Shown: positions 26,651 through 36,244 of the stretch, piece after piece | Numbering within the stretch: the stretch's first letter is position 1 | Layout of the letters: each line of letters begins with the position of its first letter | IMG/VR virus record: IMGVR_UViG_3300036846_000743 | Coordinates: 62,001-126,000 of that record | Reading direction: 5' to 3' (one strand) | DNA: 64,000 nucleotides | The notes under the pieces: generated by a model | Database searches by the model: none | Told to the model about the DNA's origin: nothing | What the model saw: the letters and a program-made list of their open reading frames with translations, nothing else | Program-made: the position numbers and the translations under genes

Positions 26651-29600
26651 TCAGCTTCCCGGAGGATACGGGGTCTGCCCCCGGACCGGCGGGACCGCAG
26701 CGTTGGTATCCACGTCGGCCTTCCAGGCTGTCGTCGTATCCTCGGCATAGATAGTCATCGGCAGGATCCCACTCGTTGCGCTCCAGTTCGTCGTCCATTG
26801 TATCAGCGACCGTGCTGCCTGGAGTATCGTTCGCCTGATCGTGGAAGCCGCGGAAGCGAAGCTCCGTGTCAGAGTCGCATCCGCGATGGCCGTGATCTCG
26901 GTCTGGGGCAGATCGATGAAGTCATACGTGTCGTAGGCTACGATGTCGAATTTGACATTGGTCGCCGGGAACCCTGGAACGACAGCCCTCAAGATGGTCT
27001 CGCCCAGCGTGCTGCGATCGGCAGTATCGCCGGCCAGCTGGTACCAGCCATCGCCAATCTCGCTGACGACCCCAGCGGCCGGCACCCAGCTTGTGGCCCC
27101 GGACTTCAGAAGCTGGACCGTCGGATGGGCGCCGAGGATCGGAGTGATCCGGTCGGCTTGGGTCATCAGGAAGCCGATCGGATAGTAAGTGATGGCTCGC
27201 GGATCGGCCCTGCGGCCCGCCACGGCCGACGACTTGCGATCCTTGCTGGCCATGGAGATCGGAATGCGGGTCCCGGTCCGGGGCGACATCGGCCGGCCCT
27301 GGATTGGATGGGGAGCGATATCGGTGATGGTATCGTGGCTGCGGACCCTGACCCGGCACACGACCGTGTCTGTCAGCTGCACGACTTCCGGCAGCTTCAA
27401 GAGCATCGTGTCGACCGTGTGACTCTCCTGGTACGACACCACTGCCAGAGTATCGGTCTGATAGGGCAGATCACGCCCGCCGCTGATCGTAGCGTCGGTG
27501 CTGTGCCAGAAGACATGGAAGTTGGCACAGACCGTGTCCGTACTGTGGTGATCGGTGAAGGTTCCTCGCTTCAGCCCCCAGGTGTAATGGGGCACCCAGG
27601 ACGAGGCTCGGCGCCCGGTGTCAGTACTGTGAGTCTTCGCCCGCGTCGCGTAGGCCAGCGTGTTAGTCGTGTGCGTGGTGATCACGGTCCGGAACGCTCG
27701 AAGATCAGTCTTGTGCGTCCGGGTTCGCGTGCCGTACTTCAGAGCATCAGTCTTGCTCGAGGCCGTGCGCACGGCGTAAAGCAGGCTATCGGTCGCGGAC
27801 GATCTCGCGAAGGTCGCACGGGCTCGCGTGTCGGTATTGTGGGCCCGGCTGCTCGTCCCTCGTTTCACCGTGTTGGTGGTATGAGTTCGAGTACTTGCCT
27901 TGAGCAGCAGAGCATCGGTGGCGTGGGTCACAACGGCCGTTTGCCGCAGCCGCGAATTCGTGGCATGGGTGCGTATGCTGGTGCCGCGGCACCGGATATC
28001 GGTACGGTGAGTGCAAGTCACCGCCCCGAGGCAATCAACATCCGTGGTGTGCGTCCTGAAGCCGACGCCACGCATCGACGGGAAGGAGTCAGCACCGTGA
28101 GCGATGATCGAACCGAGTCGGCAGCGCGTGTCAGTGCCGTGCGAACGCACCGAAGTGAGATAACGCAGGGCGCTGGTGGTGTGCGTCTTGATCCTAGTTC
28201 CGGCGCGGTCAACATCGGTCGAATGCACCTGCGTCGTTACGCTGCGTATTGCGGCACGAACGTCGGTGGTATGCGCCCAGACAACATTGAGTCGGCAGCG
28301 CGTGTCAGTGCCGTGCGACCGCGCCGGAGTAAGATAACGCCGCGTGTCGGTCGTGTGGGTTCGAGTCTGGCTCCCGGCGAGATCAGCATCGGTAGTATGG
28401 GCCTGGACGACGGTGCCGCGGAGCGCAAGCTGGCTATTCGTACTGTGAGTGATCGTATTGGCGCCACGAACCAGCGCATTGGTGCCATGCGGACGGCCCG
28501 CAACGGCGCGTTTCAACGCATCAGTCGTCTGGGTCCGGGTCGTTGACCCGGCAAGATCGGCATCAGCGAAGTGCGACTGGTATCCAACGCCAAGCTGGGC
28601 GAGCCAGCTATCGGTGTTGTGGCTGCAACTGTGGGTGTCAAGAAGCCAGGCATCGGTACTGTGCGTGCAGACGGCAGCGGCGAAAGTCCCGACATCAGTT
28701 GTGTGGCTGTGAGTGATCGCTCCGCCGAGATCGACGTCAGTCGTGTGAGATTGAAGCGCGACGCCAAGCTGAGCGGTCCAGCTAGCAGTGCTATGAGCCC
28801 GGCTGGAAGTAGCAAGGAGCCGAGCGTCGGTGCTGTGGATACGGACGGTGGTAGCGAAAGCCAGGGCGTCAGTCGCATGCGTCCAGGTAACCGACCCGTG
28901 GAGATCGATGTCGGTGTAGTGAACCCAGGAAGAGGTACTGAGCCTGGAAACCCGGCTGTCTGTGCTGTGAGTCCAGGTGACCGTCGTTGCCACCTGGACC
29001 AAGGTTCGCAGGACCAGCTGCGTCGCGCGCAGGTTGACACCAGTCGGCTGCACGAGGGTACGAACTGACAGCTGGGTATCACGCAGGTTGACACCAGTCG
29101 GCTGCACGAGAATGCGAACCGGCAGCTGAGTGTCGCGCAGGTTGATGCTAGTTGAAGTGCTGGTAGTGTGAGTCTTGGTCAGAGCGCCCTTGGCGTCCGT
29201 GTCGGTGACGTGAACCCGCGGGTAGCCCACCGGAGTCGCAACTATGCTGTCCGCGGTATGACTGGACAGTGATGACGCAAGGAGCAGAGCATTGGTGCCG
29301 TGATTGACAGTTCGAGACAGGTAAGTCGCACTGTCAGTCTTGTGAACCTGGAGCAGGGCTCCCTTGGCGTTCGTGTCGGTGCCGTGAACTCGCGGGTAGG
29401 CTGCCGAGATCGCGACCGTAGTGTCGGTTGTATGGGTTCGAGTCTGGGTCGCCCTGAGACTGACATCAATGCTATGGGTTTTCGCGACGGTGGTCAGCCG
29501 CGAAGTCTGCATATCAGTGCTGTGAGTCTTGATGGTCGTCGCGCGCACCAGAATATCGGTGCTATGAGCCTTCACGGCGATCCCTGCCGTCAAGGCAAGT

Positions 29601-32566
29601 GCATCGGCACCATGGGTTCGGGTCAGGGTCGCCCAGCGACCTGTATCGGTGGTGTGAGTCTTCACCGACGTTATGCAGGGCACAGCGTCGGTCGCGTGGG
29701 TCCGGGTCACGGGCCCCTTGAGATCGGCATCAGTCGCGTGAATCTTCGAGACAGTCGCCAGTACCACAGCCCGGACGTCTGTGGTGTGCGTATGGATGGC
29801 GACAGAGTAGGACCGAACATCGGTCGTATGGGTGCGAACAGCCGTGGCCTGGACCAGCGTATCGGTCGTCTGGATCTTGCTCGCCATGGCACGAGCCAGT
29901 GCATCGGTCGTTTGGGTCCTGCTTGCCACGGCGCGCGGCAGAACGTCGGTCGTGTGAATCCTGATCGTCGTGGCACGAACCAGAACATCAGTCGTCTGGG
30001 TCTTGACCGACGTAGCGCGAAGCAGAACGTCGGTCGTCTGGGTACGAGTCAAGGCCCCCTTGAGATCGGCATCGGTCGCGTGAGTCCTCGAGACAGTCGC
30101 CAGCAGAGCAGCCCGTACATCGGTCGTGTGAATCTTGGCGGCCGTACCACGGACCAGGCTGCTAGTGGCATGGATCTGGGTCTGCCCGCCAGGCAACAGA
30201 CTGTCGGTCGCATGGGCTCGAGTCGGGGCCCCCTTGAGGTCCGCGTCGCTGGCATGGGCTTTCGAGCTGGTAACCAGTCGCGAAGCCTGCGTATCGGTAC
30301 CATGAGTCTTGGTGGTCGTCGCGCGCAACAGAACGTTGGTAACGTGACCCTTGGCTCCTGCCACTACCGTTATTGCGCCGGTATCAGTGCCATGCGTCCT
30401 GCTCGTAGGCGTGACGTTGAACGGTTCATTGCCGCCGGCCAGGCTCTGGATCTGATCATTGTTAAGCGCGACGCCGTAGATCCGGACGTCATCGAGATCA
30501 CCGGTGAGATAGGTGGAAACGCCAGTGGTCGCACTCCGCCCAAGATACGTATGCATCGTCGGGCTGGGAGCAGGCACCTGAGCGCTCGTACTCGACTGAC
30601 GCCTGCCACCGACGAAGATGCGAGTGAAGGTGGGATAGACAATTCCAGTGACATGGGCCCAGACTCCAGCCGTCAGGGCCGCGTCGGCCTGCACCGTGGC
30701 GGTGCCGCCGTTGCCCGTCAACATGTACGGTATGCCGCTGGTCAGGCCCAGGGTCCAGCCCTGCGTCGCCGGGTTGTCCGTGTGACCTATGAGCGAGTAA
30801 TTACCAACAGCCGTAGGCCGGACCCAGGCCGATACCGTGAAGTTGGTAGTGAGGTTATGGGTCGGCTGAATCCCGGCGTCGAGATAGTTGGAGCCACCAG
30901 GAAAATGGCGAGCGCCTGGGTTGGTGAAGCCGTTAGGCAGAGGGCTGGTCGGCGCTGGAGTCGACGCGGTTGTGGTGCCAGGCGTATCAGTAGCATTGGC
31001 AACAGGCGGCGCCGAGTCGATCGCGACCTGAGCAGTTCCGGTCTCGTCGAGCGCCCAGTGGGCGATCAGAACGCCGAGCAGATTGCTGGAAGTGCCGTGA
31101 GTTCTGGTTACCGACGACTGTTGTACAGCGTCGGTGCTGTGCGTCTTGACTGTTGTCGCCAGCGAGACGGCATCGGTGGTATGAGTCCTGACCGGCGTTA
31201 CTCGTAGCGAAGCATTGGTCGTGTGGGTCTTGGTGGCCGTAGCGAGAGCCAGGGCGTTTGTCGTGTGAGTCTTGACCTGGACTCCCTTGGCATCTGCATC
31301 GGTAGCATGAGCCCTGGCCGCCGTCACAAGCGCCGAGACTTGCGAAGAAGTGCCGTGACTCGTGGTGTTTGCGGCACGAGCCAGATCATCAGTCTGATGC
31401 ACCCGGGTTGCCGTCGCCCTCGACAGCGCATTGGTAGTATGGGTCCGGACAGAGGTTCCCCGGAGCAGCATATCGGTCGAATGCGTCCTGACCGACGTCG
31501 CCCGCAGTGAAAGACTGGTACTGTGCGTGATCGAGCGACGGAAGACCAGCATCGAGCTGGTGCCGTGACTCGTGGGCACGCTGATATTCGCCTGGGAGAC
31601 ACCGCCCAGCCAGAGGCCAAAAATGCTCCTGTAGCCCGGTATGTGAACGCCAGGCGCCAGCTTCAGCAACGTACTGGTGCCGTGACTCCGGGAGGCCCAA
31701 GCATGTACGTAGGTCGCATCAGTCGTACTGGAGCGGGTCTGGGTACGCCGCGAGACGCCATCGGTCGAACTGGTACGAGTATGCGTTGCTGGTAGTAAAG
31801 CGTCGGTGCTGTGACTCGTGACGACGGTAGTGAGAATGAAAAGCCTGGTATCAGTGCTGTGAGTCTGGATCGTGGGTGTAGGCCCGGCGACCGTGTAGCT
31901 GCTGGTGCCGTGAGTCTTTGTCTGCGTTACCGGCGGAGGATTCAGTAATTCGAGTATGAAACCGACCCAGTTCCCGGTCGCATTGAAGGAGCAGGCACCT
32001 GTATAGTTTCCGGAGGTGGTCGTGACGTTGTAGGCACCCTGCGACACGGAAGTGGTGGCAGATACAATACCGCCCACTGCGACCGAAGTAGCCGGGGTCC
32101 CTGCCATGGCAGCTGTCGTCGGGGCAGCAACCGTCCCGAACGCCATGACGATGATCTCGGGACTGGGCAGGGACGGTATGACGATGGTCCCAGTGTTGGG
32201 CTTGGTACTGGATCCAGTAGAACTGTTGTACCCGCCCACCACATTAGCGAACGTCGTGGCAGTGCCCGAGACCTCGAAGACGTTGAGCGTGAGATGGTTC
32301 ACACCACCTGTGGCACCGAAGGTACCCGTAGTAGTCTGAGATGCCGAGTTCGCACGGACATAGCAAGCTACGCCGATGTTGGTGCCATTATCAGCCCGCG
32401 CTACCAGGGTCCAACCACTGGGCGTAGTCGGCGTTCCGACTGTTCCACCCTGCCAGAACAAAAAGGCAACGAGGCAGTTACCAGCCGTAGTGGCTGCGGG
32501 CCACGACGCACCGACTGTCGAGGTAGTAGAGCCATTCGTAGCAGTTTGGACGTAAGCAGCAGGCAT
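26651..32566 (-). CDS. Giant virion fibre/appendage protein: N-terminal beta domain, T-H-x-T-D repeat stalk, LamG domain, C-terminal anchor domain (1971 aa)
   Basis: Repeat stalk is visible in the translation; LamG signature AHWALDE...FTVSAWVRP...WAHVTG...LTGDLDDVRIYGVAL at about 30431-31075. Confidence 0.8.
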   Translation of the reverse strand: MPAAYVQTATNGSTTSTVGASWPAATTAGNCLVAFLFWQGGTVGTPTTPSGWTLVARADNGTNIGVACYVRANSASQTTTGTFGATGGVNHLTLNVFEVSGTATTFANVVGGYNSSTGSSTKPNTGTIVIPSLPSPEIIVMAFGTVAAPTTAAMAGTPATSVAVGGIVSATTSVSQGAYNVTTTSGNYTGACSFNATGNWVGFILELLNPPPVTQTKTHGTSSYTVAGPTPTIQTHSTDTRLFILTTVVTSHSTDALLPATHTRTSSTDGVSRRTQTRSSTTDATYVHAWASRSHGTSTLLKLAPGVHIPGYRSIFGLWLGGVSQANISVPTSHGTSSMLVFRRSITHSTSLSLRATSVRTHSTDMLLRGTSVRTHTTNALSRATATRVHQTDDLARAANTTSHGTSSQVSALVTAARAHATDADAKGVQVKTHTTNALALATATKTHTTNASLRVTPVRTHTTDAVSLATTVKTHSTDAVQQSSVTRTHGTSSNLLGVLIAHWALDETGTAQVAIDSAPPVANATDTPGTTTASTPAPTSPLPNGFTNPGARHFPGGSNYLDAGIQPTHNLTTNFTVSAWVRPTAVGNYSLIGHTDNPATQGWTLGLTSGIPYMLTGNGGTATVQADAALTAGVWAHVTGIVYPTFTRIFVGGRRQSSTSAQVPAPSPTMHTYLGRSATTGVSTYLTGDLDDVRIYGVALNNDQIQSLAGGNEPFNVTPTSRTHGTDTGAITVVAGAKGHVTNVLLRATTTKTHGTDTQASRLVTSSKAHASDADLKGAPTRAHATDSLLPGGQTQIHATSSLVRGTAAKIHTTDVRAALLATVSRTHATDADLKGALTRTQTTDVLLRATSVKTQTTDVLVRATTIRIHTTDVLPRAVASRTQTTDALARAMASKIQTTDTLVQATAVRTHTTDVRSYSVAIHTHTTDVRAVVLATVSKIHATDADLKGPVTRTHATDAVPCITSVKTHTTDTGRWATLTRTHGADALALTAGIAVKAHSTDILVRATTIKTHSTDMQTSRLTTVAKTHSIDVSLRATQTRTHTTDTTVAISAAYPRVHGTDTNAKGALLQVHKTDSATYLSRTVNHGTNALLLASSLSSHTADSIVATPVGYPRVHVTDTDAKGALTKTHTTSTSTSINLRDTQLPVRILVQPTGVNLRDTQLSVRTLVQPTGVNLRATQLVLRTLVQVATTVTWTHSTDSRVSRLSTSSWVHYTDIDLHGSVTWTHATDALAFATTVRIHSTDARLLATSSRAHSTASWTAQLGVALQSHTTDVDLGGAITHSHTTDVGTFAAAVCTHSTDAWLLDTHSCSHNTDSWLAQLGVGYQSHFADADLAGSTTRTQTTDALKRAVAGRPHGTNALVRGANTITHSTNSQLALRGTVVQAHTTDADLAGSQTRTHTTDTRRYLTPARSHGTDTRCRLNVVWAHTTDVRAAIRSVTTQVHSTDVDRAGTRIKTHTTSALRYLTSVRSHGTDTRCRLGSIIAHGADSFPSMRGVGFRTHTTDVDCLGAVTCTHRTDIRCRGTSIRTHATNSRLRQTAVVTHATDALLLKASTRTHTTNTVKRGTSSRAHNTDTRARATFARSSATDSLLYAVRTASSKTDALKYGTRTRTHKTDLRAFRTVITTHTTNTLAYATRAKTHSTDTGRRASSWVPHYTWGLKRGTFTDHHSTDTVCANFHVFWHSTDATISGGRDLPYQTDTLAVVSYQESHTVDTMLLKLPEVVQLTDTVVCRVRVRSHDTITDIAPHPIQGRPMSPRTGTRIPISMASKDRKSSAVAGRRADPRAITYYPIGFLMTQADRITPILGAHPTVQLLKSGATSWVPAAGVVSEIGDGWYQLAGDTADRSTLGETILRAVVPGFPATNVKFDIVAYDTYDFIDLPQTEITAIADATLTRSFASAASTIRRTILQAARSLIQWTTNWSATSGILPMTIYAEDTTTAWKADVDTNAAVPPVRGQTPYPPGS
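27350..31920 (-). repeat. Degenerate 14/16-residue coding repeat (T/S-H-x-T-D core)
   Basis: Example: ATSVRTHSTDMLLR GTSVRTHTTNALSR ATATRVHQTDDLAR; His spacing is 14 or 16; interrupted by the LamG domain. Confidence 0.9.
28995..29154 (-). repeat. 54-nt (18-aa) triplicated insert NLRDTQLxVRxLVQPTGV
   Basis: caggttgacaccagtcggctgcacgag occurs twice exactly; translation shows three units. Confidence 0.85.
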
Positions 32567-32576
32567 TTGTGGTCCG

Positions 32577-33137
32577 TCAGGTGGTCGGGCTCTGGCCTAC
32601 AATCGGATCGGCACCAGTCTGGCCGGTGGTGTTCATCTGCCAGGCCGTAGACGCATCGTCCTCGGTGCACACGGTGAGCAGGCCCGTGCCAGCGGCGATC
32701 GACCACTTGTTGCGCAGCAGTCGCATGGCCTGGAGCAGACAGCGGGCTGGCCAGCTCGCAATCTGTCGCCAGTCACGAGTCAGAACCGCGTCGGCGATGG
32801 CCGTGCGCTCGGCGGCCGGCAGGCTCACGGCGGCGAATGGATCGTACGAGACGACGTCGTACTTCTCGTCGTATGGGTCCGAGTTAGCGTCATCGACGTG
32901 GATCTTCAGCTCACCAAGCGTATCTCGATCAGCTGCGATGGGAGTCCAGCTGTACCAGCCATAGCCTGTCTCGCTGATGACACCGCTAGGATCCTTGGGA
33001 CCAAAAGCGGCACCATTCTTGGAGATCGTCAGACTGAGAAAAGCACTGCGCCCGGTGGCACCGGTGATGTGATCGGACTTGAGCACCAGCATGAACCCGA
33101 TCGGGTAATTGGTGCTGCTCTGCTGGCGTTCTTTCAT
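32577..33137 (-). CDS. Stand-alone paralogue of the C-terminal domain of the 1971-aa fibre (186 aa)
   Basis: YPIGF...GVISETGYGWY...DRDTLGE...YDVVSYD...TAIADAVLTR...LLQA...TAW...P aligns by eye with the fibre C-terminus. Confidence 0.8.
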   Translation of the reverse strand: MKERQQSSTNYPIGFMLVLKSDHITGATGRSAFLSLTISKNGAAFGPKDPSGVISETGYGWYSWTPIAADRDTLGELKIHVDDANSDPYDEKYDVVSYDPFAAVSLPAAERTAIADAVLTRDWRQIASWPARCLLQAMRLLRNKWSIAAGTGLLTVCTEDDASTAWQMNTTGQTGADPIVGQSPTT

Positions 33138-33173
33138 CGGTCTGTCTCCGAAACAAAGGAATGAACAGTCGTA

Positions 33174-34208
33174 TCAGGTCACTTTCTTGACGCCGAACTG
33201 GGCATTGTTGACTCCCGCAATAGTCCAGGCGAGACCGGTAGCCGGATCATGACCCTGGATGTCCGGATAGGCGTTGTAGGTTGTGGAACCGACGGGCTGC
33301 GCGCTTGTACCGTCGTAGTTGGTGCCACCGGATCGGTATTCCGGCACTGCCGTCGCGGTACCGGCCGAATCATTCTTGAGAATTGGGCAGGCCATTACCC
33401 CGTAGACGGTGCCTGCGGCCACCGGCAAAGCCGGGTAGGTATAGAGATCGATAGCCCCGGCGGCAGCAGTCTGGACGTAATTGGTATCGTCGTTGGCCGG
33501 GCTTTCATTGACCTGGGACCAGTTGGCGCCCGAGTCGGTACCGCCGCGGGTGAAACCGGTTACGAAACCGTTGCCCGTAGGCAGAGATGAGATCACCCGG
33601 CAGTCACCGCAGAAAATACCATCAGCACGACTGTAGAGATCGTCGAACCAGAGTTGCTGGCTGGCCTGGTTGCCGTCGAAAAACGTAAGCACGTTGGTAG
33701 TGGCGTTGGCAGTCGACTGCGTGTTGACACCAGTACCCGATACAACGACCACGCCATTGACTTTCAGCGTGAACGAACCGGTTGTACCGCTGCCGATCGT
33801 CGCCGAGAATTCGATGTAGTACCAGATATTGGCACTGAGTGGCTGCGTCGCTGTCCCGAGCGACGTGCCGTTACGGGTCACAAACAGCAGTCCAGTGGCA
33901 CTCAGCCGGACATCTACCTGATCCGCGCCGCTATCCTCGAAGATCAGGAAAGGCCCTCCGTTGATCTGGCTGAAACCGCTGGGCTTAAAGGCGAACCCGA
34001 CCGTGCGTGTCTGTTTGGACGGAAGCGTCAGTTTCACGTAGTCGGAGTAGCTGACGAGCATCAAACAGTTGCTGCCGTTGCGTCCACCGGAAGTGATCTG
34101 ATAATTACCAAAGACCGAAGTCCAGTAGCGGTTGATCTGTGCCGTGTTGTAGTCGTCGAATCCGTCGAAGTACTCGAGCGTGGTGTTGCTGACAGTGGAT
34201 ATGCTCAT
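33174..34208 (-). CDS. Concanavalin/LamG-like fibre-tip protein (344 aa)
   Basis: YFDGFDDY, TVGFAFKP, NIWYYIEFSATI, LKVNGVVV, WFDDLY beta-sandwich signature. Confidence 0.65.
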   Translation of the reverse strand: MSISTVSNTTLEYFDGFDDYNTAQINRYWTSVFGNYQITSGGRNGSNCLMLVSYSDYVKLTLPSKQTRTVGFAFKPSGFSQINGGPFLIFEDSGADQVDVRLSATGLLFVTRNGTSLGTATQPLSANIWYYIEFSATIGSGTTGSFTLKVNGVVVVSGTGVNTQSTANATTNVLTFFDGNQASQQLWFDDLYSRADGIFCGDCRVISSLPTGNGFVTGFTRGGTDSGANWSQVNESPANDDTNYVQTAAAGAIDLYTYPALPVAAGTVYGVMACPILKNDSAGTATAVPEYRSGGTNYDGTSAQPVGSTTYNAYPDIQGHDPATGLAWTIAGVNNAQFGVKKVT

Positions 34209-34211
34209 CGA

Positions 34212-34898
34212 TCATCCCTCATTGAAGGCGATGCCGCGCGTGCCCACGCGCTGGCTTCGGGACCGTGACGCCGCGATCCCCAGGGCAACAAGCGAGTCAG
34301 TCGAATATATGGCCGTTTTAGGTCCTGGCGTGTAGGTGCTGGTACCATGAGTCCTGGCCGTCGTTGCGCGCAGTGTACTACCAGTAGTGAAAGTCTTGGT
34401 TGCCGCGGCGGGCAGCAGAAAGTCGGTGGTATGGGTCCTGAGCTGCGTGGCGCGCAGCAGCAGATCCGTAGTGAAGATCCTGATCGACGTGGCACGCAGC
34501 AGCACATCGGTAGCATAGGTCCTGATCGACGTGGCGAGTGGCAGCGTACCGGTAGCATGGGTCCTGATCGACGTGGCGCGCAGCAAGACGTCAGTGCTGT
34601 GAGTCTTGGTTGTTCCTACCGTCTTCGGCAGGAGATCGGTAGTAAAGGTCCTGGTCGACGTCGCCCGACGCAGAAGGTCAGTACCATGCGTCCTGGTCGT
34701 CCCTACCGCCTGCCGCAGGAGATCGGTAGTAACGGTCCTGGTCGTCCCTACCGCCTTCGGCAGGAGATTGGTAGTAAAGGTCCTGGTCGACGTCGTGACC
34801 AGCTGGGCGCCGGTAGTATGTGTCTTGACGACGGTCGCCGGCCCGGTGGGCCCGAGAGCGGAAAACGGAACAGAAGCAAATGGTCGGGCAGCAAACAT
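34212..34898 (-). CDS. Short T-H-x-T-D repeat stalk protein (228 aa)
   Basis: Starts MFAARPFASVPFSALG, then about a dozen 14-15-aa repeats like those of the giant fibre. Confidence 0.75.
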   Translation of the reverse strand: MFAARPFASVPFSALGPTGPATVVKTHTTGAQLVTTSTRTFTTNLLPKAVGTTRTVTTDLLRQAVGTTRTHGTDLLRRATSTRTFTTDLLPKTVGTTKTHSTDVLLRATSIRTHATGTLPLATSIRTYATDVLLRATSIRIFTTDLLLRATQLRTHTTDFLLPAAATKTFTTGSTLRATTARTHGTSTYTPGPKTAIYSTDSLVALGIAASRSRSQRVGTRGIAFNEG

Positions 34899-34914
34899 GG
34901 GTTTTGCCCAACCT

Positions 34915-34962
34915 TTATGGCATCAGAACGGTCTGGGTCTCACAGCTCTTAACATTGGACAT
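34915..34962 (-). CDS. Possible 15-aa micro-ORF MSNVKSCETQTVLMP
   Basis: GGAGG 8 nt upstream of ATG 34962; TAA at 34915-34917; fills an otherwise empty intergenic gap. Confidence 0.3.
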   Translation of the reverse strand: MSNVKSCETQTVLMP

Positions 34963-35005
34963 GATCGCAACCTCCATGCTGCTGCATTCACGGAGCTGAC
35001 AGGTT

Positions 35006-36214
35006 TCAGCCAGGGAATGTCGTGTATAACCCGACGAGGCCGTAACTGGAGCCAAGATTGACAGTCGCGCTGTAATTGGCATTTTCCATCATAGCCATGA
35101 ATACGTAACCACCAGATAGTTTTGCTTGAACGTTAATTTGTAGCGAGAAGTTTATAGCGCCAGAGCCAGTATTGGCGGCACTGACAGACCAGTTGTTGGC
35201 AGTCGGAGTAGTATTGGGGGTTTGTACGAATGCTACCCCTGCGAACAAACCAGTATTGACAGGAAAACTGCCGGATAACGTACTGTTGACAGAGACGGGT
35301 TCTTCGTTGATCCCTCGCATCAACTCTATACCGTCATTCGGATAAACGGAGCCCCTGATAACACGGCTGACGCCGGAAGCATAAGTCCATGCTGCACTGT
35401 TATCGTACATGTAAGAGTCACGTATTACTCTATTGTTATAATTCCATACCATTCGCTTGCCGCCGGCGCCATTAGCGCCCCCGTTGCCTATGTCGTAGGC
35501 CACTCCCGCAGCATGCGTAAAGATACTGCCCAGGTACCGCCTGGTAGGATCAGTCGACTTGCAAATGAAGCCATTCTGATAAGTGAGCCCGACAGCGCTC
35601 CTGGTATTTGGACTGGTCCAGGCCACCAGCTCCAAGCCGAGAAGTCCAGACGTAGCGCGATAGCCAAAGACGTCATAAGCCGTGTTGGCCTGCGTATTGG
35701 CCCCGCCAGAAGTGAGGTTCAGGTTAGCCCCGGCAGGAAACTGCACAATCTCGATACCGTAACCGTTCCATAATGGAATTTTATCGTGAAGATATGGCGC
35801 ATAATACAACCAGTTACTGCCGTTCGTATCGGCCACTGGAGCATTTTGAGTCAGTGTCAACCGGCCGCCCGGCGCCGGATAAATGATGGACGTATCCGAC
35901 ATCGGAGCAGATCCGCACCGGACGTTCGTACTGAAGGTATTGAAGTAGTTGGGGCCGTTGGTGGAATCCGCCACAAGGTTCCTAGCCAGCGAGTTGTTAC
36001 TGCTGGAGTATGTGCCGTAACCGCGCTCCCATAGCCCAGTCGGGACCCCGTTGCTGTCCACGGCTTCGATGTAGTAAGCACAGGTATCATTATTGGCCAT
36101 GACACTGCTGAAGGTACGGAAGCCCGGCACCGCGCCTCCTAGCAGCACTCCACCTACCCCTGGAGAACTTGCAGACACTTCCAGTACCCGGTCTGAGCCG
36201 ATCAGATAAGCCAT
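35006..36214 (-). CDS. Tail fibre / receptor-binding-like protein (402 aa)
   Basis: N-terminal SDRVLEVS...LGGAVPGFRTF...WERGYGTY and internal GGRLTLT...DPTRRYLGSI motifs typical of phage fibre proteins; visibly lower GC. Confidence 0.7.
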   Translation of the reverse strand: MAYLIGSDRVLEVSASSPGVGGVLLGGAVPGFRTFSSVMANNDTCAYYIEAVDSNGVPTGLWERGYGTYSSSNNSLARNLVADSTNGPNYFNTFSTNVRCGSAPMSDTSIIYPAPGGRLTLTQNAPVADTNGSNWLYYAPYLHDKIPLWNGYGIEIVQFPAGANLNLTSGGANTQANTAYDVFGYRATSGLLGLELVAWTSPNTRSAVGLTYQNGFICKSTDPTRRYLGSIFTHAAGVAYDIGNGGANGAGGKRMVWNYNNRVIRDSYMYDNSAAWTYASGVSRVIRGSVYPNDGIELMRGINEEPVSVNSTLSGSFPVNTGLFAGVAFVQTPNTTPTANNWSVSAANTGSGAINFSLQINVQAKLSGGYVFMAMMENANYSATVNLGSSYGLVGLYTTFPG

Positions 36215-36244
36215 CTATCACCCCTCCTTGGACTGGAAGATCGG

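Noticed and set aside
26651-34898. CRISPR array or DGR variable repeats among the direct repeats
   Set aside because: All repeats are in-frame coding repeats without unique spacers. No adenine-specific TR/VR pair or reverse transcriptase was seen.
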